Assembly: GCF_006345805.1 (NCBI RefSeq)
Contig: NC_042997.1
Location: 9,362,001 to 9,426,000 of the forward strand
Source: Octopus sinensis
Lineage: Eukaryota
Reading direction: 5' to 3'
DNA length: 64,000 bases
Shown: positions 48,276-61,059 of the stretch, in pieces
Layout: each line of letters begins with the position of its first letter
Position numbering within the stretch: position 1 is the first letter of the stretch
Position numbers and translations under genes: made by a program
The notes under the pieces: generated by a model
What the model saw: only the letters and a program-made list of their open reading frames with translations
Told to the model about the DNA's origin: nothing
Databases searched by the model: none

Positions 48276-49874
48276 TGAATATGATTCTGTTTATTTAAAC
48301 ATCATGTTTGCTTAGCTCACTGATTTCAATTCTTTCCATAGCTATATCTCTAAAGGAATGAACCCCACCAGATGTCATAACCTGGATATGCCATACAAAA
48401 GATGATCTCAAAAAGAAATAATACTTTGACAGTTATGCGACCTGTGTCAGTTTTGTTGAACATTTTGAAATACATTCTTTAAAAGCACTAAAGCCCATTT
48501 TATTTCTCAAATTATTAACTATAAGGAGAAGGAAGAGATGCCACAGATTCCTATTTCTTTTCTGCTTAAATAACCATGAAACATGAAAGAAAGAAATATA
48601 TTACAAACCAATAAGAAACTATCTACATGGTCACATAAGTTACTAAAAATAACAACCATATGCCCTTCAAATCACACCCTACAATCTTGGAAAAAAGATA
48701 CTCAGAACAATGCTTGGTGAGATACACAAAAGAGGAAATGGCCATAACTGACATAGGTCGCTCCATTCAGGGCTGACTTGGGACCAAGAACAAATATTCT
48801 ATATGTGTATGTATTGATCACAATGGTAGAGCAATAAGTTATTGGAAAATAATCAGGTTCTCATTACCATAATCATTCTTGAGAAAGTCTGAGTATGAGA
48901 ATTTTCATTTTAAATGACTCAGTATGTGATTTAAAATAAGTTTTAATAACTATTTAAAACAATATTTTTCCAATGGTTGTTGACCTTATTTTTCACTATA
49001 ATATCTGGAAGCTGAAAAAAAGATAAAACTACAGAAATCAATAAAGAAAACAAAGATAAAAATAAATTACAAAAAAAAGGAGATAACAATATATAATAAT
49101 TATAATGATGATGATGATAGAGAAAATATTTCTCAGTGAGTTATAAATCTGACAATGAGGACAAACAATGAGATGGCTGAAGCACATCTATCAGTTTATG
49201 GATAATAACTAATAATTTTCATATCACTATCCACAAAATCAGAAAAAGAAATGATAAAAATATTGGCTGCAGGATTTGTAAAAAGAGAAGCCAATTTACT
49301 CCTAATTTTGACATTTATGATATTCTTTACAAGGTGCCAAGACAATGTAAGAAAGAATCCATAGAAATTACTGAGAGTCTCTTCAGCATTGTAATGTGGT
49401 GTAACAAAACATATTGTATCAATCATGTAGGGCGGGGGAGGGGGGAGCCAGCGAATCTGACTCCATTGTAGTGTAGTTTCCTGTAAAAAACAAAAAAAAA
49501 GATGTGATTGTGAGGAAAAAGTAAACAATAAGGACATTATTAAAAAAAAAAAGAGAGAAAAATTCAGTATCATAAAAACAAAATGACTGCCATCTTTATT
49601 TGCCATGAGGGCATTAATAACATAAGTATTACAAGACAATACAATGCAAAACTATACAAATACAATATATTAAGGGACAAAGACCAAAGTATTAAAACAC
49701 AGGCACATTTGAAAGTAGCATTGGTCACTATGAAGAAAGGGAATTCACAGGAACTCAATACCTTTATATATTACTAATAATTTGTACAGAAAAGGTGCAG
49801 TAAATTCTCTAGTAGTCTGACTGGTAATTAAAACTTCAGATATACCAAATGTACAACTATAGAATTAAAGTAAA

Positions 49875-50387
49875 CTAGCAGTATCGCCCAGCGTTGCTCG
49901 GGTTTGTAAGGGAAATAACTATATAAGCATTTTTAGAGAGTTACTTCCCTTATAGATGCCAATTTGGGCTTTCTTAGCCATTTCTGTTTTGGTGTCTTCA
50001 AGCCATGAAGTCGTTGTTCTAAAAGAACGCTGGTCTCCTTGACAATGCTTTACGACGTTGATTTCCTTAAACTCCCTTCCCCACAGCTTCACGAGGGAGG
50101 GAAGAAGGGGGAGAAGCAAACAGGTGCAGGTGTGACCATGGACTCCAACTCCGCCGCCATCGACACACGAAAAATTATGCATTAAAATGGAATAAAAAAT
50201 TATGTTAAATTATTTTTTAAATCGTAGACTCATCGTAGATGCGCGCTAATACTCAGATGGGCTTGATATGAATCACGACTATAAGATACCCGAATTTGGT
50301 TAAACTGCACCGCAAAATGTGGGAGTAGTTAGGAATCTAAATCGAAGGGGACAGACACTCACACAACTACAGTTTTATATATATAGA
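49875..50387 (-). mobile_element. Non-autonomous Helitron (513 bp) with an extra internal cassette
   Basis: The minus strand reads A|TC..hairpin..CTAG|T. Termini are shared with 43853-44245 and 61060-61454. Confidence 0.88.
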
Positions 50388-51199
50388 TATATCCTTGGTC
50401 GGTTTCAACAATGAACATTTCAGTTGTGTAACCCTTTACTTCCAAGATTTCTCTTGAAATACATTGCATTTGTTTCAATTAACTTTAAAGATAATTGAAA
50501 AATTAAGTAAAATAACTTTGTCTCTATTATGCTGGTGTTTCGAACACAAATTATCTTGAAATTTGACAGAAGATCTAATTTAGATTATTTTAAGACAGAA
50601 TCTTTGCATCACAGAATCTGCAGTTGTTTTGGGCTGCTTAGTATTAAAAGAGTTAAATGATGGAAGTATCTACCCCCACTGAATTAGATTCTAAGTGGCT
50701 GAGTATTCTACAGAGACTTATACCTTTCACTTAATCCTTTGGAAGAGTCAACATGATATAGTGTAACAGGCTAATCCTTTGAAATACAGATACAGTCCAT
50801 CTAATTTCTAACTTGCTTATTTAATTCACAAAGGCTGAAACTAACCCAAAGCTATGGTAGAAGACATTATCCAAAGCACTAGGCTATAATACTGAACTTG
50901 GGGATTTATGATTGCAAAGCAAACTTCTTAACAATAAGACCACTAATAAAATCAGTTTTATTACTACACTGGTTGAATAAGTCAACAAGTGAAACTTTTC
51001 AAAATGAATGGACACAGATTAGAAATATGACTATGAAATGTTGAGGAAGGAATGTCACAATATTTTTATGACCAGATTGTTGAACACAAGACTATATATA
51101 AACAAATGACTACAGCTGTTTACAACCTACAAAAGTCTGATGATAGAGATGGTAAAATTTTGAGAAAGATTTATTCCACATCTCTCTGGGCTTCTTTTT

Positions 51200-53130
51200 A
51201 ACATCATGACAATATTGCCATTAAACCAGCACACAAGGATGGCACAATGGTTGTGTGATGTACCAACCTCTACAGGACTACAACTCCAGAACACACTCTT
51301 CTATCATTCTTTGTCTTCTGACCCCTACCCTCAGCACCAACAGCACATCTATATTTGCCAACTCATTGTCACCTCCCTTCTACTCTCTACCACTTCCAAC
51401 CTCATCATCTTTATACCCCACATCTCTACAATATACTTCCTCCAACAAGATCCATAAACCCAACAACCCAGACCACTCCATCATCTCTGCCTGTAACTAC
51501 TCAAATTTATCACCAACCACCTTGACAGCCTGTTTACACTTCTGATTGCTGCTCCCTCTTTTTGCATCCACAATGCTCACCACACTATCACCTCTTCAAC
51601 TCCTTCCCCTGTCCCACCCTTTAAGACATCATCTCTTTATATATCATCATCCCTCATGATGAGAACCTCTGTACATTCTAGCACTTCTCCAAACTCCATA
51701 ATACACTTTATCCAAGTACCTTCACCTTCTTCCATTTAGATGATTTAGCTTTCACAAGCCAGATCTACAAAGAAGTTATTAGGATGCCTAATAGAATGGA
51801 ACCCCAACTATACAATCTATTTGTTGACTATGTTGAACCCTAAAATTTTTACTTATTTACTGGTCCCATCCCTGAGCTATAGGGTCATTATGTTGATGAC
51901 AGTATCAGTAACCCATCTCTCTTCACCAAAGAGCTAAAATCTTTCATTTTTGTCACCTTTTTTAACTTTTCATTTCAGTTCCTTCGTCTCTGATACCACC
52001 CTTGATTTCTTCGACATTACTGTTTCTATCGACCATTACACCTTCACCCTTTCCTGTTCTGTTTTCCTCAAGCTCACCATCTTCAACTTCTACCTGGCTT
52101 TCTCTCCTCCAACTCCATCCACAATAAGCTCACCATCCTCTACTCCTACTTCCTCTGTCTCCATGCCTTTGTAGCTATAACCATGATTTTGGACTCAGTT
52201 TTAATACATGGCTTAGCAATTTATTTGAGATGGTTGCCCACCCATCCTTATCCAAACTACTTCTACCACATCCATACCAATGATTGCACTTCAACCTTTA
52301 CACCTTACTCCCAAAACTTAACCACTAGAACACCTTTTTCCATTACCTACATCCTGCTACCTTGCACCATCCTCTGCCTCTTCTACCACCTTTAATCTAA
52401 CCCTGCCATCTCTCATTTCCTCTAGTCATTCCTTTCTTTGTAATGAAGGTAAATGGAGCACAAGAGCGAGGTAGACTGAGGAAAAGGTGGAGGAGGAGAA
52501 TGGGAGGGTTGGTTTGAAAAACGAGGACGCCCAAAACTGGACAAGATGGTGAGATGATGTGAGGGTGGTTGCTATGGCATTGAGGTAAATCCGGCCACCT
52601 CCATTAACAGGGACAAAAACTGGGTTTAAAACACTGGATGATGATGATGATAATGTCTGTAGCATACACAGCTTCCTCATCCATAGCTCTATCACACATC
52701 CTGATCTCCTGAATCTTTTCCTTGATCCCATCCCCACAGCCATATTTGCCCTTCCCTTTTCAACACTACTACCCCCACTTGACCCAACCACTATACCTTC
52801 CACATTAGGGACTCTTTCTGATGCATCTATACCGACCTCATATATGTGCTCCAATGTTCCTTCTTCAATTCAATCTACACCAGACAAATTGACTACCAAC
52901 AATCTGATAAGTTTGCAGAGCACCTCAGAGACATCTAACTTGGCAACAGATTATCTATCTCTCAAAATTTCTGCTTACCTGACTACTCCATCCAATATCT
53001 CTTTGTCTTTGGCTTGGCACCAGCACCGGTCCTCCGAGTACTCACTTTCATAGGAAACAGGATCACAGCATCTTTCTTAAATCTTACACATCTTTACTTC
53101 TAAATTCACCTCTTCACTTTTTACTAACTT
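51200..53130 (+). pseudogene. Heavily decayed Penelope-like element (RT plus GIY-YIG endonuclease); ~220-bp insertion at about 52440-52660
   Basis: IKPAHKDGTMVV (ADKG-like), KIHKPNNPDHSIISACN (KIHK..GRPIVS-like), GHYVDD and DKFAEHL, in the order expected for a Penelope-like element. Confidence 0.7.
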
Positions 53131-53417
53131 GCTCTTCTCCCACTTGCTCCAGAATTACATACCTTGCATGTTTGCTTCTCTCTCTTTCTTCCTCTTCTGC
53201 ACTTCACCTACCCACACACTCCTCTACTATCCACAACTCTTGCCTCTCTACCTCACACCTCACCCTTCTCCATCCTGTTCTTACACACTCTTTCTATACA
53301 CACAAGCTCAAAGCTTCCACATCCACACACATCTCTTTGCTCATCCCACTCACCACACATTCACACACTTACCATATACACATACTTCTATTCACCTGCC
53401 AGCTTGACTGTTTGGCA

Positions 53418-53580
53418 CATATCATCATCATCGTTTAACGTCCGCTTTCCATGCTAGCATGGGTTGGACGATTTTGACTGAGGTCTGGCAAACCAGATGG
53501 CTGCACCAGGCTCCAATCTTGATCTGACAGAGTTTCTACAGTTGGATGCCCTTCTTAATGCCAATGCCCTTCCTAACGCC
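53418..53580 (-). mobile_element. 5'-truncated RTE 3' UTR copy
   Basis: CATCATCATCGTTTAACGTCCGCTTTCCATGCTAGCATGGGTTGGACG. Confidence 0.88.
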
Positions 53581-54321
53581 AAAATATAAACATATGACCA
53601 CCCCCATACATCTACTTTTCACACATTCACACACATGCACATATTCATTGTTACTCTCACACTCTTCGCTTACACACACACACACACACTCACACTTATT
53701 GGCATTCTCAAACATACATTCTTCTACCCTTGTTTTGATTGGTACCTTTGAATCACACATTTCTCTATCCTCCTTGCACCTATCATCCACATGCACACAT
53801 ATCCACACCCATGCCATTTCATTTGCTGCTTCCTTAGACCTTACATACAAGCTTCTCTCAAAAATACCATTTTTATTCTCCTGTCTCATGTTCTTCCTTG
53901 CAGCATGTATAAAATAAAGTTCTGTTTTTTACCAACTTGAGTCTATTTTATTCTATCTTCTTTGATTGTACCATCTTCTGGGACACCTTCTCCATCTTCT
54001 GGACTCTACCGATCTCAAGTATATTTTACCAGTTTCTTTACCATTTTAACAATTTCTCAAAATGTTTTAGCAAATTTTCGCACTTATTGTTTCCTCTCAG
54101 AACATAGTTTTGTCAGACTTACTTCACTGATTTTCAAACATTAGCATAAAACTATTATCTTCATTTCCCAGCAAAAGGTTTGTAAAGATTTTTGCCACCA
54201 TCTCTTTATATACATACATACATGCATACAAAGTATCTTTGACACTGAATTTCTATACGCAATATTGGCACTTACAAGGGAGCTGCATGTAACTGTTTGG
54301 TCTGTTAGAAATAGTAGGCAA

Positions 54322-54549
54322 TACGAGCTGGCAGAAACGTTAGCACGCCGGGTGAAATGCTTAGCAGTATTTTGTCTGCCACTACATTCTGAGTTCAAAT
54401 TCCACCGAGGCCGACTTTGCCTTTCATCCTTTCAGGGTCGATTAAATAAATACCAGTTACGCACTGGGGTCGATATAATCGACTTAATCCATTTGTCTGT
54501 CCTTGTTTGTCCCCTCTGTGTGTAGCCCCTTGTGGGCAGAAAAGAAATA
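54322..54549 (+). mobile_element. SINE family A
   Basis: 15-bp TSD AGAAA(T/C)AGTAGGCAA at 54307-54321 and 54550-54564. Confidence 0.92.
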
Positions 54550-54688
54550 AGAAACAGTAGGCAAAACTCCATTAAATCACACATTGTTATCTTCAAAATG
54601 GCTAGACATGAACGATAAGAAAGTCTTGAATATACTATCTGTAAAATTACTATGGTTATAGCTAGAAAATATTTAATCATAGAACTTC

Positions 54689-55050
54689 TTGACTGAGGTT
54701 AACCAGTGGTTAATCATATTGAATAAAATGGTTTGTACACTTAAGCCTGTTTCCACTTATTCTCTGAGCTCAAATCATGTTAGATGAAATTTGCCATTCA
54801 TTTGATTGGAATGGTCAATAAAACAACTTCTATTTATAAATGTAAGGAGCTTCTAAATGATCGCAGAATTGACTGAGGTTAACCAGTGGTTAATCATATT
54901 GAATAAAATGGTTTGTACAATTAAGCCTGTTTCCACTTATTCTCTGAGCTCAAATCATGTTAGATGAAATTTGCCATTCATTTGATTGGAATGGTCAATA
55001 AAATAACTTCTATTTATAAATGTAAGGAGCTTCTAAATGATCGCAGAATT
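54689..55050. repeat. 180-bp tandem duplication (2 copies, 2 differences seen)
   Basis: TTGACTGAGGTTAACC at 54689 and 54869. Confidence 0.92.
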
Positions 55051-55838
55051 CACTTGAAGTAGCAGTCAAATTTATTTCAAGTCATACATTAGAATCTGAA
55101 ACGGAAAAAATGAAAGGACACATTGGACAATATTGTCCCTGATAAAGAAAATGAGAGGATGATCATTGATAGACTGCCTTTGATCATAAGTCTGCTCAGT
55201 GAAGCCTGACCTAGGTGGGATACTAAATAACAACTGGAGTTGAATGAATTAAATATATAAGCTTCTCTTGTAAAAATTGGCTTTGTGCCTTGTTGAAAGA
55301 AATTAATATTTCAGCAACATAGCACTCCATTTCACATTCTAATTGATAGTTTCTAGAATTGTTTGACTATGAGTTATTAAAAGCTAGATATATTAAATGC
55401 AAGATCAATCCACTTTGGCTAGACAAGAGTAAACAAAATGAAATTATTTTATTCAAGCTTACACATAAATTAAAGGAAACTATTGAGATTATTATTGAGT
55501 AATGCTCACTGGTGCAGTCAATATCTTCACTCACTAATCACTGTAAAATACTATTAACAGGGAAGAGAGGTGAAAGAGAGGGTGAGGCAGAGAAAGAGCA
55601 AGAAATGAAAAGACAAAGAAAAGAAATAGAAGGTGAGGAAAGAAGAGTGAGAGAAACTAAAACAGATTTTAAAACAATGTTAAAATGCCAGAAGTATAAA
55701 ATTGAAATTTAAACAAAAGAGAAAAAAAGAAACTATAAAAGTGAGTGTATGTGTGTGAATCCTCAACACCACACACAGATATATGACTGAGACCAATAAA
55801 CCAATGAAAGAACACATATACATATGCATCTCCGTATG

Positions 55839-55881
<43 letters not shown>

Positions 55882-56039
55882 CATTCAAAATTTTGATTCT
55901 TGAAGCTAGTGAAGACTTAGAAATAGCAAGATAAGATTGAAGGTTTTAAAAATAAAGATTATTGCCATAGAATTAAGGTGTAAAAACGCATGGATAACAC
56001 ACACATACATAAACACACACGTATATTTACATACATACA

Positions 56040-56253
56040 TGTATATGTGTATACAGATAATTACAAATATATACATGTGTGTATGTGTGTATCTATCTAT
56101 CTATCTATATATATGTATGTATGTATGTATGTATATATGTATGTGTGTGTATATATATATATGTGTATATATATGTATGTATTTATATATATATATATGT
56201 ATGTATTTATATATATATATATTTATATATATATATGTATGTATGTATGTATG

Positions 56254-56308
<55 letters not shown>

Positions 56309-56343
56309 GTATGTATGTATGTATGTATATATATATATGTATG

Positions 56344-56377
<34 letters not shown>

Positions 56378-56391
56378 TGTATGTATGTATG

Positions 56392-56423
<32 letters not shown>

Positions 56424-56437
56424 TGTATGTATGTATA
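56040..56437. repeat. Long compound (TA)n/(TATG)n microsatellite
   Basis: Directly visible in the sequence. Confidence 0.95.
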
Positions 56438-56994
56438 CAAAAGGTAGTTTGTGTTTGTGCTCACATATGTCTCCTACACTTAATGCAATGTAAAAGATTA
56501 GAAATTATTAATTTTATAGAATGATTAATGTTTCAGGACAAAGACTTACAAGTGAATGTGAAATATACTTTTTTTTAATAAATTCATAACATGTTTGTTG
56601 TTTATTATCTAAAGTTTATTTGTTTTTGTTTTTTTTTTCTAGAAGGCTATTCTTTGTATAAAAGCTAAGTCCTGAGCTTAACAAGGAAGTCTTGAAGTTA
56701 CAGTATCCAAGTAAAAAAGAAAAACAAATGAAAATTTGTGGTTATGGTTTACATAGTATTTCTATAAAACATTGTAAGTTTATTGTTGAATGAAGTTGTT
56801 CTAATTGTCAATAAAAATTAGTTTATAAGTTCTGTTTGCTGAGTAATTTAGGTTGTAAAATCTGTATGTGCGCAAGTATGCCATGTAAAAGTAATGTTTT
56901 AGTTAGGTATAAAACTTATAGAAGAAAGCCTTTTTTGTGAACTATTGATCTTGCGGATTTACAAGAGCATAATAATAATAACAACAATAATATT

Positions 56995-57211
56995 AATTCT
57001 TTCTACTAAAGGCACAAGGCCTGATATTTTGGGGGAGGAAGCTAGTTGATTACATTGACCCCAGTACTCAACTGGTACTTATTTCATCGGCTTTGAAAGG
57101 ATAAAAAGCAGAGTTGACCATGGCAGAATTTGAAATCAGAACGTAAGGATGGACGAAATACCACAAACCATTTTACTCACTATGCTAACAATTCTGCCGG
57201 CTTGCTACCTT
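56995..57211 (-). mobile_element. SINE family A, degenerate
   Basis: GACCCCAGTAC..AAAGGATAAAAAGCAGAGTTGACC..GAATTTGAAATCAGAACG. Confidence 0.75.
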
Positions 57212-57250
57212 AATAACAGCAACAACAACAACAATAATAATAATAATAAA

Positions 57251-58179
57251 CTGCAAGAAAAACCTCTCAATTGCAAATACCCAAAGAGAGCGAATAAGGC
57301 TGATGCTGACAAACTCCTTACCCATCAATGGCTAATGGCTTCTGGCTTAAAATCAGAATCAAAAGGGTTTATCATAGCAGCCCAAGATCAATGCTTACTT
57401 ACAAGGAACTACCAGGCCAACATATTATTAAAGAATGGCAGCTTCCCCACATGTTGTGTATGTCAACAACAAAATGAAACCATTGATCATGTTGTCTCCA
57501 TGTGCAGTCTTCTAGTGCCTACAGAATATCTCAACAGGCATGATAGAGCTGCATAACATATTCACTGGGTAATTTTCAGAAACCTAGACATGCTCCATGA
57601 TAAAAACTGGTGGGAACACAAACCACCACCGGTGCTTGAAAATTGTCACATCTCACTCCTCTGGAACTTCACCATTCAAACTGACAGAAAGATAGATGCA
57701 AATAGGCCAGACATCATATTGAAAGACTTCAGACAAAAAGTATGCCTCTTCATTGATATGACTCTCCCAGTCGATATAAACATATCTATCAAGACCTGCC
57801 AAAAACTGAACAAGTAAAAAGATCTTGAAATAGAAATTAGCAAAAATGTGGAACTTGAAGACTAAAACAATACCTGTTGTCATAGGTGCCTGATTGCAAC
57901 CTAGCTCAGATACCAGGAAACCCCAAAATGGCAGAAATTTAAAAGATAGTACTCATAGGAACTGCCCATATCCTATGTAAAATGCTGTCTATGTAATCTC
58001 AAATTTTAAAACAAACAATTTTCTTATGTTTTCTTAAACATTCTCTAGAACAACACTATGTACAAAACCAAATATATGGCACCCTAAACATAACACCAAT
58101 ATGAACTTCTAACTTGTCTCTTGAGGTCTCTGGGTGAGACTTGGAGCCAACTTGTACAAATGCAAAGCAAACGTCAAAC

Positions 58180-58180
<1 letters not shown>
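57251..58180 (+). mobile_element. 5'-truncated R4/Dong-type LINE (zinc knuckle, RLE, 3' UTR) flanked by (TAA)n
   Basis: GLKSESKGFIIAAQDQ, CCVC..ETIDHVVSMC, RHDRAA, LLWNFTIQTDRKIDANRPDII and IDMTLP. (AAT)n lies on both sides. Confidence 0.88.
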
Positions 58181-58212
<32 letters not shown>

Positions 58213-58226
58213 TATTTATAATTATA

Positions 58227-58785
58227 GGCGTAGGAGTGGTTGTGTGGTAAGTAGCTTGCATACCAACCACATGGTGCCGGGTTCAGTCCCACTGCGTGGC
58301 ACCTTGGGCAAGTGTCTTCTACTATAGCCTCGGGCCGACCAAAGCCTTGTGAGTGGATTTGGTAGACGGAAACTGAAAGAAGCCCGTCATATATATATAT
58401 ATATATAGGTGTAGGAGTGGCTGTGTGGTAAGTAGCTTGTTTACCAACCACATTGTTCCGGGTTCAGTCCCACTGCGTGGCACCTTGGGCAAGTGTCTTC
58501 TGCTATAATCGTATATATATATATATGGATATATGTATGTATGTATGCGTGTGTGTATGTTTGTGTGTCTGTGTTTGTCCCCCTAGCATTGCTTGACAAC
58601 CGATGCTGGTGTGTTTACGTCCCCGTCATTTAGTGGTTTCGGCAAAAGAGACTGATAGAGTAAGTACTGGGCTTACAAAAAGAATAAGTCCCGGGGGTCG
58701 AGTTGCTCGACTGAAAATAGGCGGTGCTCCAGCATGGCCGCAGTCAAATGACTGAAACAAGTAAAAGAGTAAAAGAGTAAGAGTA
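58227..58785 (+). mobile_element. SINE family B: short head copy (58227-58390) followed by a near-full copy (58408-58785)
   Basis: Two GG(C/T)GTAGGAGTGG heads in tandem and one tail GTAAAAGAGTAAAAGAGTAA. Confidence 0.9.
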
Positions 58786-58796
58786 ATAATAATAAT

Positions 58797-59349
58797 GCCC
58801 TGATGTAGTACCAGGCAGTGGCTCTCATGGCTTCTCCTTTTAACTGATTGGAAGTGTTATCATGTACATTGTTTTGTCTTGTTATAAAAGATGGCCTACA
58901 AAAAATATTCTGCTCAATACCACAGATTTGCTTATCAATTGTTTCACAATAACCAGTTGAGTATGTCCCTTAGTGCTGACAATATGTGCATTTCTGATAA
59001 CAAGCAGAAATAGTGAGGGAGCATCATACCCTTGTGTTGAGAGGAATTCTTTGGAGTTTGGATAATTCACCTCTGGAAACAAGGGTGTTTCATTCAACAT
59101 TTTTAAACAACCCTTATCCAAGGACCTTTTGAGTGGTATGGACTACTCAACCTGAAGAAAATTCTAACTGGGCCCAACCTGCAAAGTCATGCACTGTTTA
59201 TCTTGATATGAGATCACCTTGACGTGTGCATATGGTTGTGATGCATGTGCCTGGTGTACCCTTTTCAGATGGGTTGTCATGATGGGTATACTGGGCTTCG
59301 TATATTTTACCCCAATGTTACTTTGATGGCATGCACTGTTCTCTCATTC
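58797..59349. mobile_element. ~550-bp non-coding element bounded by (TAA)n on both sides
   Basis: (TAA)n-GCCCTGATG...CTCTCATTC-(AAT)n. No ORF with recognisable homology. Confidence 0.45.
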
Positions 59350-59368
59350 AATAATAATAATAATAATC

Positions 59369-59403
<35 letters not shown>

Positions 59404-59404
<1 letters not shown>

Positions 59405-59593
59405 TCAAAAAATACCTTAAAAATGAGAACCTAGGTTTGAAATTTCCCCAAGACACCTAATGAAGGCTGGAGGGTATGGAGGTTATATCAGCCAAAAGTT
59501 GTGTCAACAACAAACAAGATGAGGACAAATATCCATCAAATGTAAATAATGTAAATAATGTACATACTTCCTCATCTCTTAAATATAGAACTG
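59404..59593 (+). mobile_element. Penelope-LTR-like fragment with a decayed hammerhead (59452-59505)
   Basis: GACAC-CTAATGA-A-GGCTG..CAGCC-AAAA-GTT-GTGTC. Stems I and II are intact, but core G5 and G12 are mutated to A. Confidence 0.55.
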
Positions 59594-59760
59594 TAAAACT
59601 GGATCTCTTCCTGTCAAGCGTTCCAGACGAGCCTACCTCACACAGGAAACACAGATGAGAGCAGCAGCATGAAACTCCCTCATTGACCAAATGCCACATA
59701 TAAGAGGAGGTTTCAAATAATGGTGTAGCTCAGCCAACGGTAGTGCCCCAGAATGATAAT
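59594..59760 (+). mobile_element. 3' end of a CR1-like LINE
   Basis: KLDLFLSSVPDEP, a typical CR1/L2 ORF2 C-terminal motif. Confidence 0.55.
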
Positions 59761-59787
59761 TAAAACAATATATAATTTAAGGAAATA

Positions 59788-59990
59788 AAAGGCGGCGAGC
59801 TGGCTGAGACGCTAGCATGCCGTATTTCGTCTGCCGCTACGTTGTGAGTTCAAATTCCGCCGAGGTCGACTTTAATTTTCATCCTTTCGGGGTCAATTAA
59901 ATAAGAACCAGTTACGCACTGGGGTCGATATAATCGACTTAATCCATTTGTTTGTCCTCTCTGTGTTTAGCCCCTTGTGGGTAGTAAAGA
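59788..59990 (+). mobile_element. SINE family A
   Basis: 21-bp TSD AATATATAATTTAA(G/A)GAAATA at 59767-59787 and 59991-60011. Confidence 0.92.
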
Positions 59991-61059
59991 AATATATAAT
60001 TTAAAGAAATATATTATTATTCACTTATCTTCTTTTCACATTGTGTTTGAATGCAATGAAATGCACCAGTAAGCCTTTTCGGAGATAACTGATGCTGTAG
60101 CACATTATTATGAAGGTATACAATTTTTTAAGTTCAGTATAACGTCTTAATTTTAGAAGTAATCTGTCTCTCATTGTTTCTCTGTCATTCTAACTTAAGA
60201 GTGTCTGAGACTCTAGAGATGACTAATGTTGTCTGTTAACTGTTCATTTGATTCTTGAATAACATGAAGTTCAGTTCCCAATCATACATTGAATTTTCTT
60301 AGTTCTTTTCCTGGGATGTAATTTGTTGCCATTTGGAAGAAATTGTTCTTTCTTGCCCATTTTTATTATTTTATGCTCAGTCTTTTTATGAATTTTTTTC
60401 CTTTTTGTATTTTCATCCATAATTATTTCTTACTATTTACATAATGTAGGTGTAGTGCTACAGATTTTTGCTGTAAGGGAATGAAGTATTTATTTATTTA
60501 TGATGTTGGACCTAGAGGTATTTCTTTGACTATGCCCAGAGTTGTATCTGATGGTATTCTGGAAATTAGAATTTGTTGTTCTATTTGCTGTTACTGCAGA
60601 TTTTCATTATTATTGCTTTCCTTGCTTTTGCTTAGTCTTCCCAGTTCTTGAGAGCATTCAGCTCTAAGGTGTGTTTTATTTCAACAAATATAATAATTAA
60701 GCTATCTACTTTGTATCATCAATCTCACTCCCTTTGTATCAGCCTCTTCTCCTAGGCTCAGTTCAGCTTTGACCACTCTCCCATACTGAGACACAAGAAC
60801 ACTATGAGTCACAGGTCTATGCTATGTTTCCACTTGTGATTCTTCTGTTTCTTTACTGTATTGGTGCACAAATGCATAAACAGAAGTATTTCTGATGATT
60901 TCAGCCTGTTTTGGCTAAGCCTTCAGTTTTAAAGGCACAACAAATAGTTTCATAGCTTTTGCTTTTTTCAACTGAGATTACTTTTCCCAATATGTCTTGA
61001 TGGGTTTGTCATACTACTTGACAGAAACGAAAATTTAACCCACTCTTGTTTTTCATATA

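Noticed and set aside
50429-50665. Possible TTAA-type MITE (TAACCCTTT..AAAGAGTTAA)
   Set aside because: The ends are degenerate and the interior cannot be verified without a library.
55937-56524. Long ORFs rich in Y, I, M, C and V (also at 14.0-14.7, 39.4-41.3 and 25.7 kb)
   Set aside because: These are translations of microsatellites.
60050-60700. Possible very old LINE RT remnant on the minus strand (SISYLRKGL, resembling DLxKAFD)
   Set aside because: It is a single weak motif and too decayed to support.
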